From a bacterium (lineage in GTDB: Bacteria > UBA8248), in the NCBI GenBank assembly GCA_965221165.1, contig CBDCRP010000003.1:1408001-1472000 (forward strand): DNA of 64,000 nucleotides, written 5' to 3'. Every line of letters begins with the position of its first letter. Position 1 is the first letter of the stretch. Both the position numbers and the translations under genes were made by a program. Shown piece after piece: positions 1 through 15,287 of the stretch. Below the pieces are notes generated by a model that was given only the letters and a program-made list of their open reading frames with translations, did no database searches and was not told the DNA's origin.

Positions 1-295
1 CCATTTCGGCCAGAATCTTGCGGTTCACTTCCACACCCGCCTGATTCAGACCCCAGATGAAGCGGCTGTAATTCAGGCCGTGCAGCCGGGCCGCCGCATT
101 GATGCGGACGTTCCAAAGACGCCTGAACTCGCGCTTGCGCACCCGGCGATCACGATAGGCGTAAGCGAGGGCGCGATGCACGGACTCCCGGGCGGAGCGA
201 AACCTCTTCGAGCGCGCGCCCCGATAGCCCTTCGCTTCCTTGAGAAGCCTGCGATGTCTCTCCCTGCCGGCCGGTTTTCCTGTCGAACGCGACAT
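1..295 (-). CDS. rplT: 50S ribosomal protein L20 (3' end runs off window)
   Basis: Manual translation [32 protein letters not shown]...[25 protein letters not shown]...VNRKILAEM; downstream of rpmI. Not in the ORF track because it is truncated. Confidence 0.97.
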   Translation of the reverse strand, partial: MSRSTGKPAGRERHRRLLKEAKGYRGARSKRFRSARESVHRALAYAYRDRRVRKREFRRLWNVRINAAARLHGLNYSRFIWGLNQAGVEVNRKILAEM

Positions 296-441
296 GATTC
301 GGATACTCCCTCAATCGATGCTTTTCGTCCATTCCCTCGGGGGCCGCCTCGGATTCCCTCAATCTCCCGACCGCCGACCGAGGGGAATATACCCGCACGG
401 CCGGATGACCGCAAGCCCAAGGCGTCAGAAAAAAGAGCGCG

Positions 442-591
442 TTACCTTCGCGCGCGCTTGATAGTGCGCCTGAGGACTATGACCAAAAAAAGGGCTAACC
501 CTGCAGCGTAAGGATATTCAACTACAAATGACCCAATCCCGGCGAAGATCGACTTGATAAAGTCATTCACACCACCCACCGAATTGCTCAT
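442..591 (-). CDS. small (49 aa) putative single-pass membrane protein
   Basis: MSNSVGGVNDFIKSIFAGIGSFVVEYPYAAGLALFLVIVLRRTIKRARR; purine-rich stretch (GGAGTAGAGAAGAG) before the ATG; hydrophobic helix followed by a basic tail. Confidence 0.5.
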   Translation of the reverse strand: MSNSVGGVNDFIKSIFAGIGSFVVEYPYAAGLALFLVIVLRRTIKRARR

Positions 592-672
592 CTCTTCTCT
601 ACTCCGGCGAAATGATGGCGCGCGCTCCATCTACGCGCTCATGGCAAAACCCGCACCATAGATACGAAAAGA

Positions 673-870
673 CTACAAATAAGGTATCAGCCGCTTGATC
701 ATCTTGGCATCCGTGGGATTCGCGATGATGCTGTGGCGGAGTTCTCTCTTTCTTTTCGTCGTCTTCTTGGTCAGGATATGACGGTGATGGGAGCGGTAGC
801 GCTTCACCTTGCCCGTGGCCGTTAATTTGAAACGCTTGGCCGCTCCGCGGTTCGTCTTCATCTTAGGCAT
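673..870 (-). CDS. rpmI: 50S ribosomal protein L35
   Basis: [24 protein letters not shown]...HILTKK; infC-rpmI-rplT synteny. Confidence 0.98.
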   Translation of the reverse strand: MPKMKTNRGAAKRFKLTATGKVKRYRSHHRHILTKKTTKRKRELRHSIIANPTDAKMIKRLIPYL

Positions 871-1594
871 CTTCTGTCACTTCTCCTTCGGGTTTTTCAT
901 CCCCCGCCCCGTCGGCAGGGGCGACTTCGATTTCCGCCTTGCGCAACGCGTCCGCGAGAGGACTCGTCAGTTTTTCCTCGTCTGTCGAGACGTCATCCGT
1001 TTTTCTCGGCGATTTCTTACGCGGCGTTGTATCTTTTCTGGGCGGTTTTGTCGATTTCGGCGCGAGAACCATCGTCATGTTGCGGCCCTCGAGGTTGGGG
1101 AACTGCTCCACCGTGCCGATTTCGATGAGTTCGGTCGCCATGCGCTCGAGGAGTTTTCGGCCCAGGTCGGGGTGCGTCACCTCGCGTCCGCGAAACATGA
1201 TGGTGACCTTCGCCTTGTTCCCGTCGTTCAGAAACCGCTGCGCGTGCTTTCTCTTGATCGCGTAGTCATGCTCCTCAATCTTGATGCGCAGCTTGACTTC
1301 CTTCACCTCGACCACGCGCTGTTTCTTCTTGGCTTCCTGCGCCTTTTTCTGCTGCGTATATTTGTAGCGTCCCAGGTCCATGATCTTGCAGACGGGCGGA
1401 TCCGCGTTGGGAGAAACTTCGACGAGGTCCAGATCCCTGTCCTCTGCGGCCTCCACCGCCTCTTCCACGGGAAGAACACCGAGCTGCTGGCCCTCCTCGT
1501 CGATGACCCGCACCATCGGAACGCGGATGTCCCGGTTGGCTCTGGGGCCTGTGGCCGTGGGATGGATGTCCCGCCCTCTGAATCGCGACGCCAT
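863..1594 (-). CDS. infC: translation initiation factor IF-3 with charged C-terminal extension
   Basis: [42 protein letters not shown] motifs; exact start uncertain. Confidence 0.96.
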   Translation of the reverse strand: MASRFRGRDIHPTATGPRANRDIRVPMVRVIDEEGQQLGVLPVEEAVEAAEDRDLDLVEVSPNADPPVCKIMDLGRYKYTQQKKAQEAKKKQRVVEVKEVKLRIKIEEHDYAIKRKHAQRFLNDGNKAKVTIMFRGREVTHPDLGRKLLERMATELIEIGTVEQFPNLEGRNMTMVLAPKSTKPPRKDTTPRKKSPRKTDDVSTDEEKLTSPLADALRKAEIEVAPADGAGDEKPEGEVTEDA

Positions 1595-1595
1595 A

Positions 1596-3473
1596 TCAGA
1601 CCGTCCCTGCGGTGAGTGATTTGTTCTCGATGTCGCTTCGCATCTTCTCCATAAATTCCTCCAATGAGATGGACCCTACGTCGCCTTGCTCACGCAGCCT
1701 CAGGGAGACTTCGCCCGCCTCCGCCTCACGGGCGCCGACGATGAGCATGTACGGTATCTTGTCTCGCTGGGCTTCCCTGATTTTATACCCAATCTTCTCG
1801 TTTCGGAAATCCCCCTCCGCCCGGAAACCGGCGGCGAGCAGCTTCTTCTCCACCTCGCGGCCGTAGGGGATGTGATTGTCGGTGATCGTCATGATGCGCG
1901 CCTGCTCGGGCGCGAGCCATGTGGGAAACGCGCCCGCGTAGTGCTCGATCAGCCCGCCCACGAATCGCTCCATCGAACCCATGACGGTCCTGTGAATCAT
2001 GACGACCTTGTGGCGCGCACCGTCCGCGCCGACGTAGTTCAAATCGAAGCGCTTGGGCAGGTTGAAGTCGAACTGAATGGTGGGCCCCTGCCAGCCGCGG
2101 CCCAGGGCGTCGCGCATCTTGATGTCTATTTTCGGCCCGTAGAACGCCGCCTCGCCCTCGATGCGCTTATAGGAGATGCCGCGCTTTTCGAGCGCCCTCG
2201 TCAGCGCCTCCGCCGCCGCCTCCCAATCCTCGAGTACGCCGGCGTACTTGCTGAAATCAGAAGCGTCGTGCACGGAGAGTTCGGTCTCGAAATCCTCGTA
2301 GCCAAACGTCCTGAGCATGAAGTGCGCCAGATCGATGACGCCCAGCACCTCTTCCTCCGCCTGCTCGGGCGTACAGAAGATGTGCGCGTCGTCCTGGGTG
2401 AAGCCCCGCACCCGGAGCATCCCGTGCAGCGCGCCGCTGCGCTCGTAGCGATAGACCGTACCCAGTTCCGCCAGGCGGTAGGGCAGATCGCGGTAGCTGT
2501 GGATTTTCTGCTGGTACACCAGGATATGGCCCGGGCAGTTCATGGGTTTCAGGACGTATTCGTCCTCGTCGATGTTCAGGACATACATGTTTTCCCGATA
2601 AAAATCATAATGCCCGGAAGTCTTGAAGAGAACGTCGCGCGCGATGTGGGGGATGGAGACGAGCTGGTAGCCCCGCTTGACGTGCTCATCCTCCCAGAAG
2701 CGCTCGATCACCTTTTTGAGCGTAGTGCCCCTGGGCTGCCAATAGATAAGCCCGCCGCCCGCGTCCTCATCGACCAGGAAGATGCCGAGTTGCTTGCCGA
2801 TGACGCGATGGTCTCTCTTCCGGGCATCCTCGAGCCTCTGGATGTGGGCCGCCAGGTCTTCTTTGGTAGCGAAGGCGGTGCCGTAGATGCGCTGGAGCAT
2901 CTTGTTCTTCTCGTCGCCGCGCCAGTAGGCGCCCGCCACGCTCAGGAGCTTGAAATTGCGCAACACCCCCGTGCCGGGCACGTGCGGCCCCCGGCACAGG
3001 TCCACGAAATCGCCCTGGCGGTAGATGGAAAGCGCCTCGCCTTCGGGCAAATCATGGATCATCTCTATCTTGTAACTCTCGCCTCTTTCCCCGAATAGGG
3101 CCAAAGCGTCCGCGCGGGATATGTCCTCGCGCTCGATGGCGTATTTCTTCTTGGCGAGCTTTTTCATTCTCGCCTCGATTTTCTTCAAATCCTCGGGGGT
3201 GAAGGTGACGTCGACGTCGATGTCGTAATAAAACCCGTTTTCGATCGGGGGGCCGATGGTGAGTTGCGCGCCCGGGTAGAGCTCCTGCACCGCCTGGGCC
3301 ATGAGGTGCGCCGTGCTGTGGCGCAGAATTTCGAGGCCCTCCTCGGAGTCGAGGAGGATAACTTCCGGCTCGGCGTCGTCGGGAAGATCGCGATTCAAAT
3401 CAACGGGCGCGCCGCCAATCTTCAGCGCGATGACATCTTTGGGCAAGTCTTTTTGCTTGGTTTGTTGAGACAT
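1596..3473 (-). CDS. thrS: threonine--tRNA ligase
   Basis: RHSTAHLMAQA, DLCRGPH, KPMNCPGH, RVRGFTQDDAH, AFYGPKID motifs. Confidence 0.99.
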   Translation of the reverse strand: MSQQTKQKDLPKDVIALKIGGAPVDLNRDLPDDAEPEVILLDSEEGLEILRHSTAHLMAQAVQELYPGAQLTIGPPIENGFYYDIDVDVTFTPEDLKKIEARMKKLAKKKYAIEREDISRADALALFGERGESYKIEMIHDLPEGEALSIYRQGDFVDLCRGPHVPGTGVLRNFKLLSVAGAYWRGDEKNKMLQRIYGTAFATKEDLAAHIQRLEDARKRDHRVIGKQLGIFLVDEDAGGGLIYWQPRGTTLKKVIERFWEDEHVKRGYQLVSIPHIARDVLFKTSGHYDFYRENMYVLNIDEDEYVLKPMNCPGHILVYQQKIHSYRDLPYRLAELGTVYRYERSGALHGMLRVRGFTQDDAHIFCTPEQAEEEVLGVIDLAHFMLRTFGYEDFETELSVHDASDFSKYAGVLEDWEAAAEALTRALEKRGISYKRIEGEAAFYGPKIDIKMRDALGRGWQGPTIQFDFNLPKRFDLNYVGADGARHKVVMIHRTVMGSMERFVGGLIEHYAGAFPTWLAPEQARIMTITDNHIPYGREVEKKLLAAGFRAEGDFRNEKIGYKIREAQRDKIPYMLIVGAREAEAGEVSLRLREQGDVGSISLEEFMEKMRSDIENKSLTAGTV

Positions 3474-3571
3474 AGACGGGCGTTGGCCGGCGCCGCAAGC
3501 TCCTCTTGAAAGTTCCTCGAATCATCATCCCCATGACGTGGCGGCGATTCGCCACATCGTCAATTCCATCA

Positions 3572-3646
3572 TGGTAGGCGCGGGCGGTTTTGAACCGCCG
3601 ACCTCTTGCGTGTCAAGCAAGCGCTCTCCCCCTGAGCTACGCGCCT
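3572..3646 (-). tRNA. tRNA-Val(GAC)
   Basis: Reverse complement forms a cloverleaf; anticodon arm CTTGC-TTGACAC-GCAAG; T-loop GGTTCAA; encoded CCA. Confidence 0.95.
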
Positions 3647-3852
3647 TCGTTCGGTATATCGAAATGATAGGGAAGCGCCGCGCGCATTGTCAACGCGCGT
3701 GTGCTCCACCCGAATGAAAAATAACGCCTTTGGTGAAAAAAACCAACCCTTCTTCGTCGACAAGGCGGACTCCCCCGAAACGGTGCGAGGCGGACGATGG
3801 AACCCGGACCCTCGAAACGCTCAACCGACGAAGAAATAGTGCGGAAGACGGC

Positions 3853-5094
<1,242 letters not shown>

Positions 5095-5146
5095 CGATCA
5101 TTCCCCCTCGGTGAAGAACGCTTCCCGAAACGAAACCGGCTCCCGG

Positions 5147-5797
5147 CTAGGAGCCGTTGTTCTCCTGGTTCAGGCCGTCATCACCGCCGACGTCCGGCCT
5201 CTCGTTCGATCCTTCCACACGCGCGATGATAACGTCGTCGAGCAGGCCGTAGTCCCTCGCCTGTTTGGCCGTCATGAAATTATCGCGATCGGTGTCTTGC
5301 TCGATTCTCTTGAGCGACTGGCCAGTGTGTTTCGAGAGAATCTCGTTGAGTTCCTCGCGCATGCGGAGAATCTCGCGCGCCTGGATGTCGATGTCGCTCG
5401 CCTGCCCCTGCACGCCGCCCAGGGGCTGGTGAATCAGGATGCGCGAGTTGGGCAGGGCGTAGCGCTTGCCTTTTGCGCCCGCCGCCAGCAAGAGCGCGCC
5501 CATGCTCGCCGCCTGGCCGATGCAGATGGTCGACACGTCGGGCCTGATGTACTGCATCGTGTCGTAAATGGCCAGACCCGCCGTGACGGTGCCGCCCGGG
5601 CTGTTCACGTACATGGCGATATCCCTGTCGGGCTCTTCCGCCTCCAGAAAAAGAAGCTGGGCCGTCACGAGGTTTGCGATGGTGTCGTCTATCGCCGTCC
5701 CCAGAAAGATGATTCTCTCCTTGAGCAGGCGGCTGTAGATGTCATACGCCCGCTCGCCTCGATTCGTCTGTTCCACCACCATGGGTACGAGAGCCAC
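5147..5797 (-). CDS. clpP: ATP-dependent Clp protease proteolytic subunit
   Basis: [30 protein letters not shown]. Confidence 0.99.
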   Translation of the reverse strand: MALVPMVVEQTNRGERAYDIYSRLLKERIIFLGTAIDDTIANLVTAQLLFLEAEEPDRDIAMYVNSPGGTVTAGLAIYDTMQYIRPDVSTICIGQAASMGALLLAAGAKGKRYALPNSRILIHQPLGGVQGQASDIDIQAREILRMREELNEILSKHTGQSLKRIEQDTDRDNFMTAKQARDYGLLDDVIIARVEGSNERPDVGGDDGLNQENNGS

Positions 5798-5800
5798 TGT

Positions 5801-7171
5801 TTATCCATCCTCTTTCGAATCGCCGTCCGGGGAGCGCTCCCCACCCTCTTCATGGTCGTGGGAATGCGCTTCATGTTCGGCGGCGTCGTGAACGTCGAAT
5901 TCCACGTCGGCCCGATCGTAGAGCCAACTCACCGTTTTGTTGTAGTTGATGTTCGAAACGAGCGAGGACATCGCCCCGGTCGTCGTCATTCTCTCGCGAA
6001 GTTTGTCGGGCGTCATGCCGTAGCGCGCGGCCGACATGTTGATTTGCGCCTGAATCTCCTCGGCGCTCGCCTCGATTTCCTCGGCCTCGCGGATGCGCTC
6101 CACGATGATGAGCTGGCGCACCCGCTCCTCGGCCCGGGGCTTCAACTCCTCGCGCAACTTCTCGATTTTGGCTTCCGAGAGTTGAACGTCGGGGTTCTCC
6201 TGACGCATCCGCCGCTCGTATTCTCGAATCTGCTCATCCGCCTCCCCCTTCACCAGGGTGGAAGGCACCTCGAAGGGATGCGCCTCCAGCAGCGCGCCGA
6301 GAAGCTCGGAGATTCCGTGGCCGCGCGCATTCGCATCCTCCATGGATTCCATCTCCTTGGCGACGTCCGCCCGCAAATCCTCCGTGCTCGTATAGCCTCT
6401 TCCTAAGGATTTGACGAATTCCTCATCCACCTCGGGAGGATGCGCCTCTTTCACCTCCTTCAAGTGAAGCCGGAACTGGAGGCTCTTGCCCGCGATGTTG
6501 GGCGAGGCGTTCTCGGGAACGTCGATGTCGACCTCTTTTGACTCGCCGCCCTTCATGCCGAGGAGCGCATCGCTCAACTCCTTTTCGCCCTCATCGCCTC
6601 CTATCATGAGGGCCTGGTTCTCCCCCCGGGTGCCGGGTACGGCTTCGCCGTCCTCGAACCCCTCGATGTCGAAGAGAACATAGTCTCCCGCCCGGGCCTC
6701 CCTGTCCACGTCCTCGAACGCGGCGGCCCGCTGCCGGAGGGCCTCGATCTGCTTATCGACCATCTCGTCCGTCACCGTATGGCGATGGGCCTTCACCTGA
6801 AGCCCCGTATACCCGCCGAGTTCGAAGGGAGGGATGACCTCCACCGTCGCCTTATACGTCAACTCCGGCGCGTCGTCCTCCATATTGATGTCGGTCACGT
6901 TCGGCTCACCCACCGGGCGCATGCCCCTATCCTCCAGCAAACTGCGGTAGGAAGTCGATATCAGATGGTTCAGAACCTCCGCCTGCACCTCCTCGCCGTA
7001 GTAGCGCTCGAGCACGCTGCGCGGGATTTTCCCCTTCCTGAAGCCCTTGATCTTCACGCGCCCCGAGAGGCGCCTGTAGGCGCGCTCCATCTCGTCGGCG
7101 ACCTCGGCGCGCGGGACGGCGACTTCCAGACGCTTCGTGCAGGCGTCGATGTCGTTCACTGTACCGGCCAT
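5801..7171 (-). CDS. tig: trigger factor
   Basis: GFRKGKIP ribosome-binding motif; tig-clpP-clpX synteny. Confidence 0.97.
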   Translation of the reverse strand: MAGTVNDIDACTKRLEVAVPRAEVADEMERAYRRLSGRVKIKGFRKGKIPRSVLERYYGEEVQAEVLNHLISTSYRSLLEDRGMRPVGEPNVTDINMEDDAPELTYKATVEVIPPFELGGYTGLQVKAHRHTVTDEMVDKQIEALRQRAAAFEDVDREARAGDYVLFDIEGFEDGEAVPGTRGENQALMIGGDEGEKELSDALLGMKGGESKEVDIDVPENASPNIAGKSLQFRLHLKEVKEAHPPEVDEEFVKSLGRGYTSTEDLRADVAKEMESMEDANARGHGISELLGALLEAHPFEVPSTLVKGEADEQIREYERRMRQENPDVQLSEAKIEKLREELKPRAEERVRQLIIVERIREAEEIEASAEEIQAQINMSAARYGMTPDKLRERMTTTGAMSSLVSNINYNKTVSWLYDRADVEFDVHDAAEHEAHSHDHEEGGERSPDGDSKEDG

Positions 7172-7231
7172 TCCTCACTCTCCAGAATCAAAACGAAAAC
7201 AAAATCCAAAAAATAAAAAAGACTTGAACCC

Positions 7232-7316
7232 TGGTGCGAAGGGGGGGACTCGAACCCCCACGCCCGAAGGCACTGGAACCTAAATCCAGCGCGTCTACCA
7301 GTTCCGCCACCCTCGC
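7232..7316 (-). tRNA. tRNA-Leu(TAG)
   Basis: 85-nt cloverleaf with long variable arm; anticodon arm CTGGA-TTTAGGT-TCCAG; CCA end; upstream of tig. Confidence 0.95.
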
Positions 7317-7494
7317 ATCCCCTTGGCGAACAAAGGCTTATACTCCAAAACCACATGCGAATCCACCGCCCACCCAGAGCCCCTCGGGCCAGGATTTCGC
7401 GCCTCACAATCTAGTCGCACGAAGGCGGGCCGTCAATGGCGGGAATCGAACGCGGCCACCCGCTCGGGCGGAATGCGCGATGTGGAAACGAAAA

Positions 7495-11268
<3,774 letters not shown>

Positions 11269-11397
11269 AAGCCGCCCCGAATCAAATGCTTAAAGGTTCA
11301 AACCCAAACCAAAGGGTGGTTATAAGTGATTTTCAAGCGCGAGAAAAGCGCAAGATTTAGATGAGAGGATTTGGGGAACGCGAAAACCCGAAACGAA

Positions 11398-12207
11398 CTA
11401 CTCCTTGCGGCGCACCTCTTCCTCGATGAAGGCGTAGGCGTTGTGGTCGTGGATGGATTCGAAATTCTCCACCTCCACCTGGAACCACCTGATGCGCTTG
11501 TCGGTCCGGAGCAAAAGGGCCGCCTCGCGCACCACGTCCTCCACGAAGCGGGGATTGTCGAAAGCCGTCTCGGTGACGAACTTCTCATCCTCGCGCTTCA
11601 AGATCGGATACAGAGCGCAACTGCCCGCACTCTCGGCGACCTCGACGAGTTCCTCTATCCAGAACTCGCCGTCGAAGCGCACCTTGATGCGCACGTGCCC
11701 CCGCTGGTTGTGCGCGCCGCGCAGGCTGATCTCCTTCGAGCACGGGCACAGCGTGGCGATGCGCACCATGATGCTCAGGACGAAGTCGTCCACCGCGCCG
11801 GCCGAAGCGTCGAAGCCGCACTCGAGCGCCATCAGGCCCTCGGCGCCCGTCACCGGAGCGGCCTTGTGCATGAAGTAGGGAAAGGTTACGGAAAAATGCG
11901 CCGTCTGCGCGTCCAGGCGCTCGCGAATCGTCTGCAACAGCATGGGCACGCTGTCCACGCCGATGGCGTCGGTATGCTCGTTCAGCACTTCCAGGAAACG
12001 GCTCATGTGGGTGCCCTTGAAGTGGTGCGGCAAATCCACGTACATGTTGACGTTGCCGATGGTGTGCTGGGCTTCTTTGGCCCTGTCCTTCACCACGATG
12101 GGATAGCGGATGTTCTTGACACCCACCTTGTCTATCTTGACGTTGCGCTGATCGGAACCCGCCTGCACGTCGGCGAGGTCGGCAGGCTCGGTCGGGAGGC
12201 CTGACAT
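11398..12207 (-). CDS. folE2: GTP cyclohydrolase IB
   Basis: KGTHMSRF, TLCPCSKEIS, GAHNQR, NPRFVED, ESIHDHNAYA. Confidence 0.96.
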   Translation of the reverse strand: MSGLPTEPADLADVQAGSDQRNVKIDKVGVKNIRYPIVVKDRAKEAQHTIGNVNMYVDLPHHFKGTHMSRFLEVLNEHTDAIGVDSVPMLLQTIRERLDAQTAHFSVTFPYFMHKAAPVTGAEGLMALECGFDASAGAVDDFVLSIMVRIATLCPCSKEISLRGAHNQRGHVRIKVRFDGEFWIEELVEVAESAGSCALYPILKREDEKFVTETAFDNPRFVEDVVREAALLLRTDKRIRWFQVEVENFESIHDHNAYAFIEEEVRRKE

Positions 12208-12325
12208 CGAATCTCATCCTTTCCGCTCTGGTTTAGAGAACATTCATCCGGCGGCTTGTTTTGCTGTTCCCGCCCTTTTCGATACCGCCCAGACGCGGAA
12301 TCGAAAAATTACGAGGTTTCCCGGC

Positions 12326-12661
12326 TTATTTCTCCGGCGCTCGCCTTCTGATGCGCTCGATCCGGGCCATTTTCTCAGAAACCGCTTCGCCCAAATCTAT
12401 TCCCCGCGCATTGGCGTAGTTCATCACGGCGATCATGACATCCGCCGCCTCGTCTGTATAGGCCGCCATGTCGATTTCGCGGCCCTTCCATTCCTTTTTC
12501 TCCAGATTCGCGAGTTCGCCCGTCTCGCCCGCGAGTTCCAGGGCGAAAAACCGGGGCTCCCGCTCCGGAAACGCTTCTTCCTGATACCGCGCGAATTCGA
12601 CTTGTAAGGCGCGCAGGCCCTCATAGGAGCGCGGCAACCGTGGAGCGTCCTCGTGATCCAC
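12326..12661 (-). CDS. MazG-like nucleotide pyrophosphohydrolase
   Basis: ELAGETGELAN...DEAADV acidic helix pattern; GTG start after GGAG. Confidence 0.75.
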   Translation of the reverse strand: MDHEDAPRLPRSYEGLRALQVEFARYQEEAFPEREPRFFALELAGETGELANLEKKEWKGREIDMAAYTDEAADVMIAVMNYANARGIDLGEAVSEKMARIERIRRRAPEK

Positions 12662-12928
12662 CCGAACCACTCCTTTCGCGGAAGCCCGGGAGCCGGAAAA
12701 GTTCCCGCCGCCGAACCGGACGTAGCACCAGAACGAGTCAGCGCACTTCCGTGAAGCGCGCTGGTGCTTCAAGTTTCTCACTCAGAAACGAGGGCGTCAA
12801 TCGGCGGGCGCAAACCCGGATTGACGCCGAAAGCGCCAGATTCTACTCTCTCTCCAAGGTCATCATCATTTCGAGGACCAAACAGGCGCGAAGACGCCGC
12901 AAGAGAACCCAAACGGAGGGAAGTACCC

Positions 12929-13924
12929 TTGCCCAACATCGATTTGCACCACCACATCTACATCCCCGAGGCGGAAGCGCTCGCCGCCAAAGAGCGCGAA
13001 AGCCGCCCCCAGCACGCCGATAGCTTCGAGGGATTCTTCCCGCCGGAATCCTCCCGGTACAACGCGAAGATGACGGAGGAGAACTGGGCGGTGCAACTCG
13101 CCGACGCCGAGCGCAAGCTGAGCGACATGAAAGAGGATCGTCTCGACATGGCGCTGGCCTCCCCGCCGCCGCCCACTTTTTATTACTGGATAGGCGGGCG
13201 AGCGGGTGATGAGATCATCAGGGTCCAAAACGACGGCGTCGTCGATTTCTGCAACCAAAACGCCGCGCACTTCCGGGGCCTTTGCAACCTGCCCATGCAA
13301 AACGGAGGCGAGGCCGCCGCAGCCGAACTCGAACGCGCGATGGGCAAGGGGCTGCTCGGCTGCATCATCTCCGATCGCATCGGCGCGAACGCGCTGGACG
13401 AGCCCCAGTACGAGGAATTCTGGGCGGCGGCGGAGCGGCTCGGCGCCCTGGTGTTCATCCATCCCGATTTCGCGGACCTAAAAGCGCTGTTCCCCTACTA
13501 CATGGCGAACTGCATCGGCAACCCGCTGTCCACCACCGTGGCCGCCACAAGGCTCATCTTCTCGGGCCATTTCGAGCGCTACCCGAACCTCCAGCTACTA
13601 CTCGCCCACGCGGGCGGAAACCTCCCCTGGGCTATCGGACGCATCCAGCACTGCTGGGAGGCGCGGCCCGAGACGAAGGTGCACACGCCGCATCCCCCCC
13701 GGCACTATTTCAAGAATCTCTATTTCGACGTCATCACCTTCAACCCCTCCGCTCTCAAGTGGATGGTCGAGGAAGTGGGCGCCGATCGCGTCGTGTGCGG
13801 CACGGACTATCCCTACGACATGATGCAGCAGCGCGTCGTCGACTTCGTGGAGGGAGCGGGCCTCACCGAAGACGCACAGGATAAAATCCTGCGCGAGACG
13901 CCGGCGAGGCTCATGAAGATTTAG
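12929..13924 (+). CDS. amidohydrolase_2 family (ACMSD-like) metalloenzyme
   Basis: IDLHHHIY, VFIHP, AHAGG, GTDYPY; TTG start after GGAGG. Confidence 0.88.
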   Translation: MPNIDLHHHIYIPEAEALAAKERESRPQHADSFEGFFPPESSRYNAKMTEENWAVQLADAERKLSDMKEDRLDMALASPPPPTFYYWIGGRAGDEIIRVQNDGVVDFCNQNAAHFRGLCNLPMQNGGEAAAAELERAMGKGLLGCIISDRIGANALDEPQYEEFWAAAERLGALVFIHPDFADLKALFPYYMANCIGNPLSTTVAATRLIFSGHFERYPNLQLLLAHAGGNLPWAIGRIQHCWEARPETKVHTPHPPRHYFKNLYFDVITFNPSALKWMVEEVGADRVVCGTDYPYDMMQQRVVDFVEGAGLTEDAQDKILRETPARLMKI

Positions 13925-14018
13925 GCGCTCGCAGCGATGAGGAGGTAGTGATAGCAACATAGGCAGCCGTATCCGAACAAAACGATTCGCCGAAACCATT
14001 TCGAACGGAGGAATCGAC

Positions 14019-15191
14019 ATGTATATCGCCACGAAGGACGCCATACTTCCCACCACCATCACGGGCTCCCTGCCCCGGCCCGCCTGGTTTCGCCAGAACA
14101 TCGGGCGAAGGTCGTTTCGCGAAGCGATGATCGACGCGGAATTCCGCGAGCAGTATCTCGACAACGTCTCCTGCGTCATCCGGGATCAGGAACGCGCGGG
14201 GCTCGACATCGTGACGGACGGGGACGCGCGCTTCGACACCAACGTGGGCGGACGCGACTGGGTGGGCTACATCGTCGACAGGCTCGAGGGTTTTTCGGGC
14301 TATGAAACCTCGAGGAGCCACGCCACCTGGGGAGGGTCCGTGCCCGGCGAGATCATGTACGAGGTCCTGGAAGCCAGAATGCTCCCCAAGGTCACGGCCA
14401 AGGTGGGTGAAGGCCCCCTCGAATACGCACAGATGTGGCGCAGCGCGCAGGCGATGACCGATAAACCCCTCAAGTTCGGCTCCATCAGCGCTGATTGCGT
14501 GGAATCCATCATCTCGAACGAGTTTTATGACGACAGGCGCGAGCTTTGCCTCGATTTGTGCCGCATCATGGGCGCGGAATTTCACCGCCTCGCCGATGCG
14601 GGGTGCCAGATTTTCCAGGTGGAAGAACCCTGGGTGCACCGCTTTGATTTTCATTCGGAAGACTCCGAAATGTCGATGGAGTTCTACGTGGAAGCGTTCA
14701 ACAAGAGCGTGGCGGGCCTGCGGGACAAGCTCGAGCTTTGGTGCCACACCTGCTGGGGCAACCCGGCCCAGCAGAGATTCTATGAATCATCCAAAAGCTA
14801 CGCGCCCGCCCTCGAGTACATGAACGAACTGGACGTGGACGTGCTCACCTTCGAGTGCGCGAGCACGGGGGGCATGGACCTCGATGAAATCGGAAAGCGC
14901 ATCACCAAACCCAAGGTGGCTATCGGCGTCATCAACCACCGGGGGCTTCAGGTGGAGCGCCCCGAAGAAGTGGCCGCCCTCATCAGAAAGGCGCTCACGA
15001 CGATTCCCGCCGAGCGGCTTTGCATCTCCACGGACTGTGGTTTCGGCCGCGAGGGCATGAGCCGCCGCCATGCGTTCTACAAGATGGTGGCCCTCTCTCG
15101 GGGGACGAATCTGGTGAAAAAAGAACTCGGCCTGCCGGAAACCTACATACCGGCCAGCGACGGCGCGTTCACGCTGAGTGACGAGGATTAG
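14019..15191 (+). CDS. single-barrel cobalamin-independent methionine synthase II family (MetE-like) Zn thiol-alkyltransferase
   Basis: TTITGSLPRP, QERAGLDIVTDG, HTCWGN and TDCGFG Zn ligands. Confidence 0.88.
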   Translation: MYIATKDAILPTTITGSLPRPAWFRQNIGRRSFREAMIDAEFREQYLDNVSCVIRDQERAGLDIVTDGDARFDTNVGGRDWVGYIVDRLEGFSGYETSRSHATWGGSVPGEIMYEVLEARMLPKVTAKVGEGPLEYAQMWRSAQAMTDKPLKFGSISADCVESIISNEFYDDRRELCLDLCRIMGAEFHRLADAGCQIFQVEEPWVHRFDFHSEDSEMSMEFYVEAFNKSVAGLRDKLELWCHTCWGNPAQQRFYESSKSYAPALEYMNELDVDVLTFECASTGGMDLDEIGKRITKPKVAIGVINHRGLQVERPEEVAALIRKALTTIPAERLCISTDCGFGREGMSRRHAFYKMVALSRGTNLVKKELGLPETYIPASDGAFTLSDED

Positions 15192-15287
15192 AAGCCGGGA
15201 CCCCTTGACGAACGAGCCTGAGCGAGAGTTCAGAACCATGTGCATCGGCCAAAAGCGGCTGCTTTAAGGGAAAATCCGCTTCGCGCG

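Noticed and set aside
11269-11397. SAM or cobalamin riboswitch upstream of metH
   Set aside because: No recognisable conserved core in the short spacer.
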